DNA from: Haloquadratum walsbyi C23
GTDB lineage: Archaea; Halobacteriota; Halobacteria; Halobacteriales; Haloferacaceae
Reading direction: 5' to 3'
Assembly (NCBI RefSeq): GCF_000237865.1
Contig: NC_017459.1
Coordinates: forward strand, 390,001 to 422,000
Length of the DNA: 32,000 nucleotides
Shown: positions 9,327-18,451 of the stretch, one piece after another
How the letters are laid out: each line of letters begins with the position of its first letter
Numbering within the stretch: the stretch's first letter is position 1
Notes under the pieces: model-generated
What the model saw: only the letters and a program-made list of their open reading frames with translations
Database searches by the model: none
What the model was told of the DNA's origin: nothing
Position numbers and translations under genes: made by a program

Positions 9327-11469
9327 ATTACCCCGATCAAGTATTCGATTGAAAGGACTCGCATTGCGGGAATATTCCAGTAGTTCGTATCCGGTCAATG
9401 ACATTCTGCCTCATCGTCATCAGTGGGCACTACATGATGCCCTGACAAATGATGTCCCAGGAGCCTTTGTGAATGACGCACCAACCGGTGCGGGAAAGAC
9501 GCTTTCTTGGCTTGCACCGACGGTTTCAGAAGGCTTAGACACGGTTACGGTGTATCCAACGAACGCACTGATCGAAGATCAACGCGAAAATATTGAGTCA
9601 CTGCTAAGTAATATAGATGGTGGTGATGACGTTCATTTATTGCCAATCTCAAGTGAAATACTCCAAGACGAGCATGCAACGGAGTATGACGTAGATTCGA
9701 ACGGTAAAGTACTCTCGTACCTCTTACGAGATGCGTTCCAGCGTCCTGAGACAGTAATTCTGCTCACAAATCCGGATATATTCGTTCTATTACGACGTGA
9801 AATATATTACAAACGAATTGATGGTATCAACCTTTTTGAAGTCGCTGTAGTCGATGAGTTTCACCGAGCGACACGGAAGGAACAAAATACACTCCTATTT
9901 TTATTAGATGAAATGCAGGAGGCTGATACTGAAATATGTCGGTTATCATATCTTATATTCCTCAGTGCGACGCCTGATGAGAAGCTAGCTGAACGGTTCG
10001 ATAAAGCAGTCTCCACATCTTATTATCCACTCACGGATTTTGGATGGCGTGATACACCACACCCAGCAATAACTGAGGACGATAACCCAGTTATCGCGTT
10101 TTCACCTGGGCAGCTACCGACCGCGTACCGTCCAGTGTTACCACCAGTTGAACTCCAATTACACCCAGCCGCGACCTTTCAGACTGCGACATGCCTATCT
10201 GAGGAACAAGAGGAAACTGTTGACCGCTTCTCGCAGGGACGAACTGTTCTGATGCTGGACGGGATACATGAGGTCGACGAGGTATACCGATTACTACAAG
10301 ATTCTGAACTCGATACTATCGAACGAATTGACGGGTTTCATTCCAAGGACATCGTAGATAAACTTGATCGATTCGATACACTTATCAGCAATTCAGCAGT
10401 CGAAGTTGGCGTCGATTTCGATACTGATCAAGTGCTGTTCTCAGCACACAGTGCCGCATCATTCTTTCAACGACTCGGTCGTCTTCGCACACGTGAAGAG
10501 ACATCTAATGCTTATGCGTACATTCCATCCCACGTATATAACGAACTCCAGCAGGAGATCAAGGAATTTGACACTGAGTGGATCAACCGAAATAGGTTTG
10601 AACAGTTGGTAAAACAACACTATATTGATAATTCGACACCAGAATCGTTTGACTGGCGGTACTCGGCTGTCGAAGCATACCATCACGTTGAAAATCGTGT
10701 CGAGAACGCGCCTTCAGATGAGACTGTATCGATCCGTAAAGAGGGCTGGAAACGGATTGACCGGCACTTTTTCAGACTGCACGGCTCTGTCATTTCAAAA
10801 CAAGATCTGAGTCGGTGTCATGAGGCAGTCCAAACAAAAATCCTTGATAAGTTACAGATGTACCGCGGTGAAAGCCTCCAACTATTAGTCTATGATCCGG
10901 ACCAACGAGTTGTACAGAATTATAACATGACGTATTTATTACGACATGGAAATCTCCGATTACTAGGGCGAGATGAATTTCTCACACGGGTTCCGGATCA
11001 TCTTGAAGAGGATGTGTTACGAGTTGAACGCTACAGCATTGGATACTGCATCTACTACGGAACCTACGACAGCGATAGCAGCGGCGATGATGGAGAGTAT
11101 ACCGGACGTGAGCTATATTTCAAACCAACTGGTGAGCTATATTCATTATTGAGCGAAGGACAAAGACAAACCCGAGAGCCCAAAGTGTCCACCGGACTCG
11201 AAGTAGAAACATCACCAGATATCGATGGATTAGGTCAACTAAAGATCAATCTCAGTGAAACTGAACTCCTCTGTTACCCGATTGAAGGACACGTCAATGA
11301 AATATCAAAACAATACCCAATTGGTAAATTCGGATTTGTCTACCCACTATTGAACCCAGAAGGGGACCCGGCCGCAATCGCATTCAGTCACGATGCCCTT
11401 TATTTGTATTGCCGGGTGCAAGATCAGCAGGAATCTGATGTACTCAATACTGAGGTGGATGAGCTGTGA
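9319..11469 (+). CDS. cas3: Cas3' superfamily-2 helicase (no HD domain)
   Basis: Walker A is NDAPTGAGKT about 65 residues from the start. The DEAH-type box is VAVVDEFH, and a later motif is SNSAVEVGVDFD. There is no room for an N-terminal HD domain; the HD sits on Cas10d instead. The track start is 9289; ATG 9319 (MSELPRS) overlaps the csc1 stop by 8 nt and is preferred. Confidence 0.85.
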   Translation: MSELPRSSIRLKGLALREYSSSSYPVNDILPHRHQWALHDALTNDVPGAFVNDAPTGAGKTLSWLAPTVSEGLDTVTVYPTNALIEDQRENIESLLSNIDGGDDVHLLPISSEILQDEHATEYDVDSNGKVLSYLLRDAFQRPETVILLTNPDIFVLLRREIYYKRIDGINLFEVAVVDEFHRATRKEQNTLLFLLDEMQEADTEICRLSYLIFLSATPDEKLAERFDKAVSTSYYPLTDFGWRDTPHPAITEDDNPVIAFSPGQLPTAYRPVLPPVELQLHPAATFQTATCLSEEQEETVDRFSQGRTVLMLDGIHEVDEVYRLLQDSELDTIERIDGFHSKDIVDKLDRFDTLISNSAVEVGVDFDTDQVLFSAHSAASFFQRLGRLRTREETSNAYAYIPSHVYNELQQEIKEFDTEWINRNRFEQLVKQHYIDNSTPESFDWRYSAVEAYHHVENRVENAPSDETVSIRKEGWKRIDRHFFRLHGSVISKQDLSRCHEAVQTKILDKLQMYRGESLQLLVYDPDQRVVQNYNMTYLLRHGNLRLLGRDEFLTRVPDHLEEDVLRVERYSIGYCIYYGTYDSDSSGDDGEYTGRELYFKPTGELYSLLSEGQRQTREPKVSTGLEVETSPDIDGLGQLKINLSETELLCYPIEGHVNEISKQYPIGKFGFVYPLLNPEGDPAAIAFSHDALYLYCRVQDQQESDVLNTEVDEL

Positions 11470-12083
11470 AACCAGTAACTTCCATCGCAGACCACGATGA
11501 GCTTGTGCATGTGAGTGCGCTGAACGAGTATCTTTATTGCCCGCGACGTTTCTACTACCAGCGATATCATGATGAGATGGGGACACCATATGAACTACTT
11601 GATGGAAGGAGCAAACATGAAAATGCTGCTCACCGAGGCGGCTGGATCAGCGAGCGATACCTGTGTGATACGTCACTCGGTCTCCATGGAAAAATTGATG
11701 TCATTGAATCTGAAGATGGTGTCCTAACACCGATCGAGCGGAAGCGGGCTGAAAGCGGGGGATACTACACTAATGATGAAATCCAGTTAGCTGGCTACTG
11801 TATGCTGTTATCTCATGTAATAAATGAGCCCGTTAATTTCGGATACATATATCTATATTCTACAGATCAGCGACATTCAATCAGAATAACTGAGGATCAC
11901 CGTCAGGCAGTCAATAAAATCGTGGAGCAGATCCAATCCATGTCGGCGAAAAACATCCCACCGCTCACCGACAACCCCTCGAAATGTGAGGCCTGTTCCG
12001 CCCGCGAGTACTGCATGCCTGAGGAAACCGCGATGCTCGAACCCGAGAAAGCACGCGGGACGGGTTGGGAGGGCGAGATATGA
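11466..12083 (+). CDS. cas4: Cas4 RecB-like exonuclease with 4-Cys cluster
   Basis: N-terminal motif LNEYLYCPRRFYY. Nuclease motifs GKIDVIE...PIERKR. C-terminal cysteines CEACSAREYC. The GTG start overlaps the cas3' stop (GTGA). Confidence 0.9.
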   Translation: MKPVTSIADHDELVHVSALNEYLYCPRRFYYQRYHDEMGTPYELLDGRSKHENAAHRGGWISERYLCDTSLGLHGKIDVIESEDGVLTPIERKRAESGGYYTNDEIQLAGYCMLLSHVINEPVNFGYIYLYSTDQRHSIRITEDHRQAVNKIVEQIQSMSAKNIPPLTDNPSKCEACSAREYCMPEETAMLEPEKARGTGWEGEI

Positions 12084-13075
12084 AAGCCACCGAAGGGATG
12101 TTCAACGAGTCGGTCGTCTACGTCACCAAACAGGGTACGCAAGTCCGCACCGACGGCGGTCGCATCGTTGTCTGGGACGTTGACGGCGACGAGGGCGAGC
12201 TCGCCTCCTTCCCGACCGAGAAGCTGGATACAATCAATGTCTTCGGCGGCGTCAACTTCTCAACACCGTTCGTCGCCGAGGCGAACAAACATGGGATCAT
12301 CCTCAATTACTTCACTGAGAACGGGAAGTATCGCGGCAGCTTCGTGCCCGAAAAGAACACTATCGCCGAGGTACGACGAGCACAGTACGCGCTTGGGACG
12401 ACCGCAGAGGTCGACATTGCCGCTGCGATGATTGCCGGGAAGATTCGAAATGCTCGGACGCTGCTCTCACGAAAGGGCGTTTATGGGACAGACATGCTCA
12501 AAGATCTTGGCTTGCGGGCGACAACCGTTGCGACGAAAGATGACCTCCGTGGCGTCGAGGGCGAAGCAGGCGGGCGATATTTCAGCCAACTTAACGAGAC
12601 GCTGACCGACGGCTGGACGTTTGAAAAACGGACCAAGCGACCACCAGAGGATCACATCAACTCACTGCTTTCGCTGACCTACGTGTTCATGAAAAACGAA
12701 GTGTTGAGCGCGTTACGACAGTATAACCTCGATCCGTTCCTCGGTGTTCTGCATGTCGACCGTCACGGTCGACCGTCACTTGCTCTTGATCTACAGGAAG
12801 AGTTCCGACCGATCTTTTGTGACGCGTTCGTCACTCGGCTGGTGAACCGCGGTGTCATAACGCACGACCAGTTCACCAAAGACAACCATCTGGGTGACGA
12901 CGCGTTCAAAACCTACTGCTCAAAATTTGATGAGTTCATGCAGGAGGAGTTCACGCACCCATATTTTGAGTACACTGTCACACGGCGGAAGTCGATTCGC
13001 CAGCAGGCGATCCTGTTGCGGAAAGCAATCACTGGTGAGTTGGACGAGTATCATGCCCTGACCTTCTCAAAATAA
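12080..13075 (+). CDS. cas1: Cas1 integrase
   Basis: About 331 aa, between cas4 and cas2. ATG 12080 overlaps the cas4 stop (ATGA); the track ORF begins at TTG 12065. The N-terminal beta-rich part (VVYVTKQGTQVRTDGGRIVV) and C-terminal helical part are typical Cas1 layout. Confidence 0.9.
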   Translation: MKATEGMFNESVVYVTKQGTQVRTDGGRIVVWDVDGDEGELASFPTEKLDTINVFGGVNFSTPFVAEANKHGIILNYFTENGKYRGSFVPEKNTIAEVRRAQYALGTTAEVDIAAAMIAGKIRNARTLLSRKGVYGTDMLKDLGLRATTVATKDDLRGVEGEAGGRYFSQLNETLTDGWTFEKRTKRPPEDHINSLLSLTYVFMKNEVLSALRQYNLDPFLGVLHVDRHGRPSLALDLQEEFRPIFCDAFVTRLVNRGVITHDQFTKDNHLGDDAFKTYCSKFDEFMQEEFTHPYFEYTVTRRKSIRQQAILLRKAITGELDEYHALTFSK

Positions 13076-13077
13076 TC

Positions 13078-13350
13078 ATGCGCTTAGCAATTACATACGA
13101 CGTCAGCGACGACGGGAATCGGCGGCAGGTGTATCAAACGCTCCAACGATATGGAGCATGGCGACAATTCAGTGTTTTTGAAGTCGATATTACCAAAGCC
13201 GAGCGTGTTGAGCTTGAAAACGAGCTGGAAGCCAAAATCGAACCCAATGACGGTGATCGCGTTCGGATCTATCGGTTGTGTAAGGCCTGTCAGGACAAGA
13301 CGACCAATCTTGGTATGGAACCACCTGATGAGCAATCGAACGTGCTCTAG
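13078..13350 (+). CDS. cas2: Cas2
   Basis: 90 aa. MRLAITYDVSDDGNRRQVYQTLQRYG...QFSVFEVD shows the typical Cas2 ferredoxin-fold N-terminus (YD motif). It starts 2 nt after the cas1 stop, directly upstream of the leader and array. Confidence 0.88.
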   Translation: MRLAITYDVSDDGNRRQVYQTLQRYGAWRQFSVFEVDITKAERVELENELEAKIEPNDGDRVRIYRLCKACQDKTTNLGMEPPDEQSNVL

Positions 13351-13465
13351 ATTAGACTACTTCAACCCTTATTAAATGACTGTACAGCCACAGTCAACGT
13401 AATAGGGGTATGATTTTGACTCCTGAGAAAGCTTTTTGAGTATTATACCCGTATTTTAACCCCCT
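13351..13465 (+). promoter_or_regulatory. CRISPR leader
   Basis: 115-nt AT-rich non-coding stretch between the cas2 stop and the first repeat. AAAGCTTTTTGAGTATTATA lies about 20-35 nt upstream of repeat 1 and is TATA-like. The degenerate repeat is at the opposite end of the array, so this is the leader-proximal side. Confidence 0.55.
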
Positions 13466-15074
13466 GTTGCAACGAAGAGAAAACCCGCTAAGGGATTGAA
13501 ACCCTTCTAATTTGGTGCACCGTTGAGACAGTGACATCGTTGCAACGAAGAGAAAACCCGCTAAGGGATTGAAACAAACCGAGTGACTGCCAGGCGTCTC
13601 CTGCCTGCCGGTTGCAACGAAGAGAAAACCCGCTAAGGGATTGAAACGGGATTGAAGTAGCTCCCGGAATTCTCCCGCTTTAATGTTGCAACGAAGAGAA
13701 AACCCGCTAAGGGATTGAAACAAGCCGAATCGCTGGGTCAATTGAACATACTACGGTGGGTTGCAACGAAGAGAAAACCCGCTAAGGGATTGAAACGCTA
13801 TCATCATCGTCACCGCCACCACCGAATGATGGCGTTGCAACGAAGAGAAAACCCGCTAAGGGATTGAAACGCGGCTCCGTCTTCACGACTAAAACAGCAG
13901 AAGATCGTTGCAACGAAGAGAAAACCCGCTAAGGGATTGAAACGTTTATCTTCCTCAGGTTCGAGTTCAAACCCAATTTGTTGCAACGAAGAGAAAACCC
14001 GCTAAGGGATTGAAACATTCCTCAGTTTTCGAGATTGGTTGGTGCTAGCCATGTTGCAACGAAGAGAAAACCCGCTAAGGGATTGAAACAATTCTCTCAG
14101 ACTGTACTGTCGTTGTGAAGCGTCGTTGCAACGAAGAGAAAACCCGCTAAGGGATTGAAACCACGTTTGGTTGTCGGGCTGGCACGGTCAACCGCGTTGC
14201 AACGAAGAGAAAACCCGCTAAGGGATTGAAACCAGTCCCAAGTAGCGCAGCATCGTCCACCCAAGTAGGTTGCAACGAAGAGAAAACCCGCTAAGGGATT
14301 GAAACTATTTGTCACGGCATTGCCATCTGTATCAGTATCGGTATGTTGCAACGAAGAGAAAACCCGCTAAGGGATTGAAACTGATTATCATTCACACACC
14401 ATGACACATTCTGCTGCTGTTGCAACGAAGAGAAAACCCGCTAAGGGATTGAAACTAACTCTCCAAAGTGTACAAATTGCGGTTCTCATGGTTGCAACGA
14501 AGAGAAAACCCGCTAAGGGATTGAAACGCAGCCCCCGTCTTCACGACAATAAATCTGGTATAAAGTTGCAACGAAGAGAAAACCCGCTAAGGGATTGAAA
14601 CGAAAATGCAAGTACAGGAGTTGGTAAAACAACTTGTGCTGTTGCAACGAAGAGAAAACCCGCTAAGGGATTGAAACAATAGACAACAGTTTAAAGGAAT
14701 AGACAGTCTTTTAGGTTGCAACGAAGAGAAAACCCGCTAAGGGATTGAAACAATTGGATGTATGAGCAGTCTGTGAAAAATGGGTTCGTTGCAACGAAGA
14801 GAAAACCCGCTAAGGGATTGAAACTGCACGGAACTCTCGAATATCGATAAGATTACCTGTGTTGCAACGAAGAGAAAACCCGCTAAGGGATTGAAACATG
14901 ACTCCGACAGAGGACCCAGTGAATACTGTTGTTGCAACGAAGAGAAAACCCGCTAAGGGATTGAAACACATGGGCAACTGGCGTAGGGTTGACTGCCGTA
15001 GAGGGTTGCAACGAAGAGAAAACCCGCTAAGGGATTGAAACAACACGGGATGATGTTCGAAAGCTACGCCGAAT

Positions 15075-15222
15075 GTTGCAACGAAGAGAAAACCCGCTAA
15101 GGGATTGAAACCTGATGTTTTGGTCACTGCTCAGAAAAACACGGCAGCGTTGCAACGAAGAGAAAACCCGCTAAGGGATTGAAACCTGATGTTTTGGTCA
15201 CTGCTCAGAAAAACACGGCAGC
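15075..15222 (+). repeat. tandem duplication of one repeat-spacer unit (2 x 74 nt)
   Basis: Spacers 23 (15112-15148) and 24 (15186-15222) are identical: CTGATGTTTTGGTCACTGCTCAGAAAAACACGGCAGC. Confidence 0.95.
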
Positions 15223-15950
15223 GTTGCAACGAAGAGAAAACCCGCTAAGGGATTGAAACTTTCAAAGCCGACGGCGAACAGCACTGCCGGCAAGTGTTGC
15301 AACGAAGAGAAAACCCGCTAAGGGATTGAAACCTCTCAGCCTCAACGGCATTCTTTGCAGCCTTAATCGTTGCAACGAAGAGAAAACCCGCTAAGGGATT
15401 GAAACTATTTGCATGAGCTAACCCACGTTATCGCTGTTTAGTTGCAACGAAGAGAAAACCCGCTAAGGGATTGAAACTCCCCGTGGTCAAATCCGCTGTC
15501 TTAACTGTATTATGTTGCAACGAAGAGAAAACCCGCTAAGGGATTGAAACAGCACGGCTAACGACGTGGTGGATCTAAGTAAGCCGTTGCAACGAAGAGA
15601 AAACCCGCTAAGGGATTGAAACTGGTTGACCGGTGAACTGGGAACACCGGGAACACAGACGTTGCAACGAAGAGAAAACCCGCTAAGGGATTGAAACATT
15701 GCTATCATTGGCTATGTGCTGCTGCAACGTGTTGTTGCAACGAAGAGAAAACCCGCTAAGGGATTGAAACCGCCGAGGAGGCAGTCGCTGCCGTGCTGTC
15801 TGTTCGGTTGCAACGAAGAGAAAACCCGCTAAGGGATTGAAACACTCCGCGAGGATAGTAATTCAAAATTGGTGAAAAGTTGCAACGAAGAGAAAACCCG
15901 CTAAGGGATTGAAACGATGATCAGCCAGTTCAACATGATGATCCAGGTCG

Positions 15951-16096
15951 GTTGCAACGAAGAGAAAACCCGCTAAGGGATTGAAACGATGAGTCGTGAG
16001 CGTAGATCGTCTGTGGTTGATTGGTTGCAACGAAGAGAAAACCCGCTAAGGGATTGAAACGATGAGTCGTGAGCGTAGATCGTCTGTGGTTGATTG
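15951..16096 (+). repeat. tandem duplication of one repeat-spacer unit (2 x 73 nt)
   Basis: Spacers 35 (15988-16023) and 36 (16061-16096) are identical: GATGAGTCGTGAGCGTAGATCGTCTGTGGTTGATTG. Confidence 0.95.
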
Positions 16097-16895
16097 GTTG
16101 CAACGAAGAGAAAACCCGCTAAGGGATTGAAACACCACTTTCCTCGTGGATTCTAACACGTTGAGTTCGTTGCAACGAAGAGAAAACCCGCTAAGGGATT
16201 GAAACCCGGCGGCTTCGTCCAAGACAATCACGGAGGGTTGGTGTTGCAACGAAGAGAAAACCCGCTAAGGGATTGAAACACCAATAGGTTAGTTCTCGCC
16301 AGTGTTCATCATGTGTTGCAACGAAGAGAAAACCCGCTAAGGGATTGAAACACCATCTAGATCAAGACAGAAACCGGTCTGCCTCAGTGTTGCAATGAAG
16401 AGAAAACCCGCTAAGGGATTGAAACCCGATCCACCGAAATTCGTGAAGTGACTACCTGGTTGCAACGAAGAGAAAACCCGCTAAGGGATTGAAACGATAC
16501 GAGTTTTCTAACTTGGTTCGGACGGTCTGTTGCAACGAAGAGAAAACCCGCTAAGGGATTGAAACAGAGTCCCCGAGTCCGTCGAGATCCGGGAGTCCAA
16601 GTTGCAACGAAGAGAAAACCCACTAACCAATAAACCCTGCCGTAATCGTCAAACTCGCAATCATGAGGGCACAACTGAGCAGCCCTACTGAATTCTCAGG
16701 ATTTTCGAGTCATATTCTCACATTATTGATCTCAGTTTAATCGTCAGTAACAACACCTTCACACGAGCTATCCTTACCATCTTTGTCTTCCTGAGCTCAG
16801 AGTTTTCTCATGTTCACGGTCGAAGTTCTCCTGAATGACTGCCTTTCTCCTCAAACTCATGCTTATCTGAAGAGATGTTGGCGTTGATAACACCT

Positions 16896-16918
16896 AAATC
16901 CTCTATTGATGAGGATTT
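16896..16918 (-). terminator. hairpin at the 3' end of the integrase gene
   Basis: Perfect 8-bp inverted repeat AAATCCTC (16896-16903) / GAGGATTT (16911-16918) with a 7-nt loop, overlapping the integrase stop codon by 1 nt. Terminator function is only inferred. Confidence 0.3.
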
Positions 16919-18009
16919 TATAATCCAAATTGGTATATTTGCTCTCTATAGATTGTCTCAATATCCTCATAATATGTATGAATATATTCGTCCATTACAT
17001 CAAGATTCTCTAGTTTTGAACCACCGGGCGTATCACCGCGCATATATTTAACCAACTCTCGGCTCAAATCCTGTTCTACCCCCCAGTAAGTTGTAAATCG
17101 ATGACGACCATAGTGACTTGTTACTGCCCGGAATCTTTCAGTCTCAGCGTATTCTGGATGAAAATAATTTTTCCATATCTTATTAATGTCACTGTATTTA
17201 AGTTTTTGACGCCCAATTTTCGATAGGAACAGCCATGGCTCATTAATATCAGGGCGAATCAAAATATATCTCAAGAGTACTTCACGCAATTCATAATCCA
17301 ATGGAAGAACGCGGGGCTTTCGAGACTTATTTCGCTCTCTGTCGTGAGGAATATAAATAGCGTTTCTACGATCATCTAACGCTTTAGCGGTCCCCATTTT
17401 AGTATAATGATCTTCAATAACAGTATTAGAGAGATGAATTTCTGAGATTTTAATGTTGCATACCTCGCTTGCACGAAGCCCAAGTTTGAGTTGTATCAAG
17501 ACAAAAGCTTGATCTCGAATATTCGTGATTTCTTGTAATTTCTTTGATAGCTCATTCACAGTTAATCGTTGTAGCTTCTTTTGCGGTTCACCGCTGAGGT
17601 CAGCGGTTTTTTTTGCTAGATCAATTGGATTGTAGTCACGTGAGTGAGGGAATGCTGCATCATCCTGCCAATATTTGTACGCTTGATTAAGATACATCAG
17701 CCGATTTTTGATCGTCCCTGCCGCATTGCCACGCTCTTCCTGCAAGTAATCAATGAACCGACTCACATGGGTTTTATTTGGACATGCAAAATGGCGCTTC
17801 TCGTTGTACATGAATTCTTGCCATTGCTGAAATGAGCGACGGTACTCCTCGTCCGTTCCCTTCGCTAAGTCTTTTTTCGACAGTCGTTCATCTATATACA
17901 ACTCAAATGGATTTATTTCGATCGAATCAAATTTCTGGGTATACTTTGCAAGTGGATCCAAATCGCGATTGAACGCATCTGCAATTGTTTGCCGATCAGA
18001 ATCACGCAT
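16918..18009 (-). CDS. tyrosine recombinase / phage-type integrase
   Basis: Catalytic-domain motifs are LKLGLRASEVCNIKISEI (Arg I), TSHYGRHRFTTYWG (H-x-x-R) and a C-terminal Tyr region (DEYIHTYY). The N-terminal core-binding-like region is HVSRFIDYLQEERGNAAGTIKNRLMYLNQAYKYW...YNPIDLA. The track ORF extends to 18048. ATG 18009 (MRDSDRQ) overlaps the upstream ORF's stop as ATGCGTGA and is preferred. Confidence 0.85.
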   Translation of the reverse strand: MRDSDRQTIADAFNRDLDPLAKYTQKFDSIEINPFELYIDERLSKKDLAKGTDEEYRRSFQQWQEFMYNEKRHFACPNKTHVSRFIDYLQEERGNAAGTIKNRLMYLNQAYKYWQDDAAFPHSRDYNPIDLAKKTADLSGEPQKKLQRLTVNELSKKLQEITNIRDQAFVLIQLKLGLRASEVCNIKISEIHLSNTVIEDHYTKMGTAKALDDRRNAIYIPHDRERNKSRKPRVLPLDYELREVLLRYILIRPDINEPWLFLSKIGRQKLKYSDINKIWKNYFHPEYAETERFRAVTSHYGRHRFTTYWGVEQDLSRELVKYMRGDTPGGSKLENLDVMDEYIHTYYEDIETIYREQIYQFGL

Positions 18010-18451
18010 TATTTCTCTCCTGTTTTTGAATCCAGACTTCGTGGGCACTACTGCCGGCTACGGAGGCAGCCATGTGGAATGGATTATATGTATGAGGGTG
18101 ATTGACATGCCATTTAAGCCATTCATATAACCCCTCAATTACATACCAGTGCTGATATGTACGATCACGAGAAAACCGGGATAATAATTTTCCTGACCAT
18201 ACTTCAACATCAGTTGGTTGAGCTAATATACAATGTCGACCCTGTTCAGACATATGCTTCCTCCATCGACGTAAAAATAATTCCCAGTCTTCGCTCATCC
18301 GATCTGAAAGCTCAGTAGTCGCTCGGTATGACTCCCAAGTCGATGTATTTTGATACCGTCCCTCGAACTGGCATAATCGGCGGGCGGTTGGGACATCCGA
18401 GAGCTGTTTAAATATACCAAGCCGATTTTGTGGCGGTCGGAACTTTTCCAT
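18002..18451 (-). CDS. stand-alone integrase core-binding (SAM-like) domain-like protein
   Basis: 149 aa. AQPTDVEVWSGKLLSRFSRDRTYQHWYVIEGLYEWLKWHVNHPHTYNPF resembles the N-terminal core-binding domain of tyrosine recombinases, but no catalytic domain follows. It is translationally coupled (8-nt overlap) to the integrase. Confidence 0.5.
   Translation of the reverse strand: MEKFRPPQNRLGIFKQLSDVPTARRLCQFEGRYQNTSTWESYRATTELSDRMSEDWELFLRRWRKHMSEQGRHCILAQPTDVEVWSGKLLSRFSRDRTYQHWYVIEGLYEWLKWHVNHPHTYNPFHMAASVAGSSAHEVWIQKQERNNA

Larger units (their letters stand above)
13466..16637 (+). CRISPR. CRISPR array: 44 repeats of 37 nt and 43 spacers (33-39 nt)
   Basis: Consensus repeat GTTGCAACGAAGAGAAAACCCGCTAAGGGATTGAAAC, counted unit by unit (first repeat 13466-13502, last 16601-16637). 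It ends in ATTGAAAC, the typical 8-nt 5'-handle source for class 1 crRNAs. It has an internal CCC-GCTAA-GGG mini-hairpin and a palindromic GTTGCAAC 5' end. Repeat 41 carries C>T at 16396. Repeat 44 is degenerate in its 3' 16 nt. Confidence 0.98.

Noticed and set aside
3686-11589. Antisense or out-of-frame ORFs inside the cas genes (for example 3686..3928, 3934..4359, 4726..5013, 5053..5411, 6142..6441, 7354..7650, 7924..8238, 8841..9404, 10364..10810, 11347..11589)
   Set aside because: All lie within long motif-bearing cas ORFs. They have Arg/Cys/Ser-rich, non-acidic compositions typical of shadow frames.
13466-16637. Self-targeting spacers against the adjacent island (integrase, IS, MTase module)
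   Set aside because: No spacer showed an obvious match to other parts of this window on visual comparison. This was not exhaustive and should be checked computationally.
13394-16674. Many listed ORFs on both strands inside the CRISPR array (for example 13394..13741, 14097..14351, 14810..15127, 15487..15708, 16411..16674)
   Set aside because: They translate the 37-nt repeat over and over (recurring FQSLSGFSLRCN and FNPLAGFLFVAT peptides). They are artefacts of the repeat periodicity, not genes.
16918-18451. The 149-aa ORF and the integrase as one frameshifted gene
   Set aside because: The integrase ORF already has its own core-binding-like N-terminal region. The junction is a tidy ATGCGTGA stop/start overlap typical of coupled genes. 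A remnant of a second integrase cannot be fully excluded.
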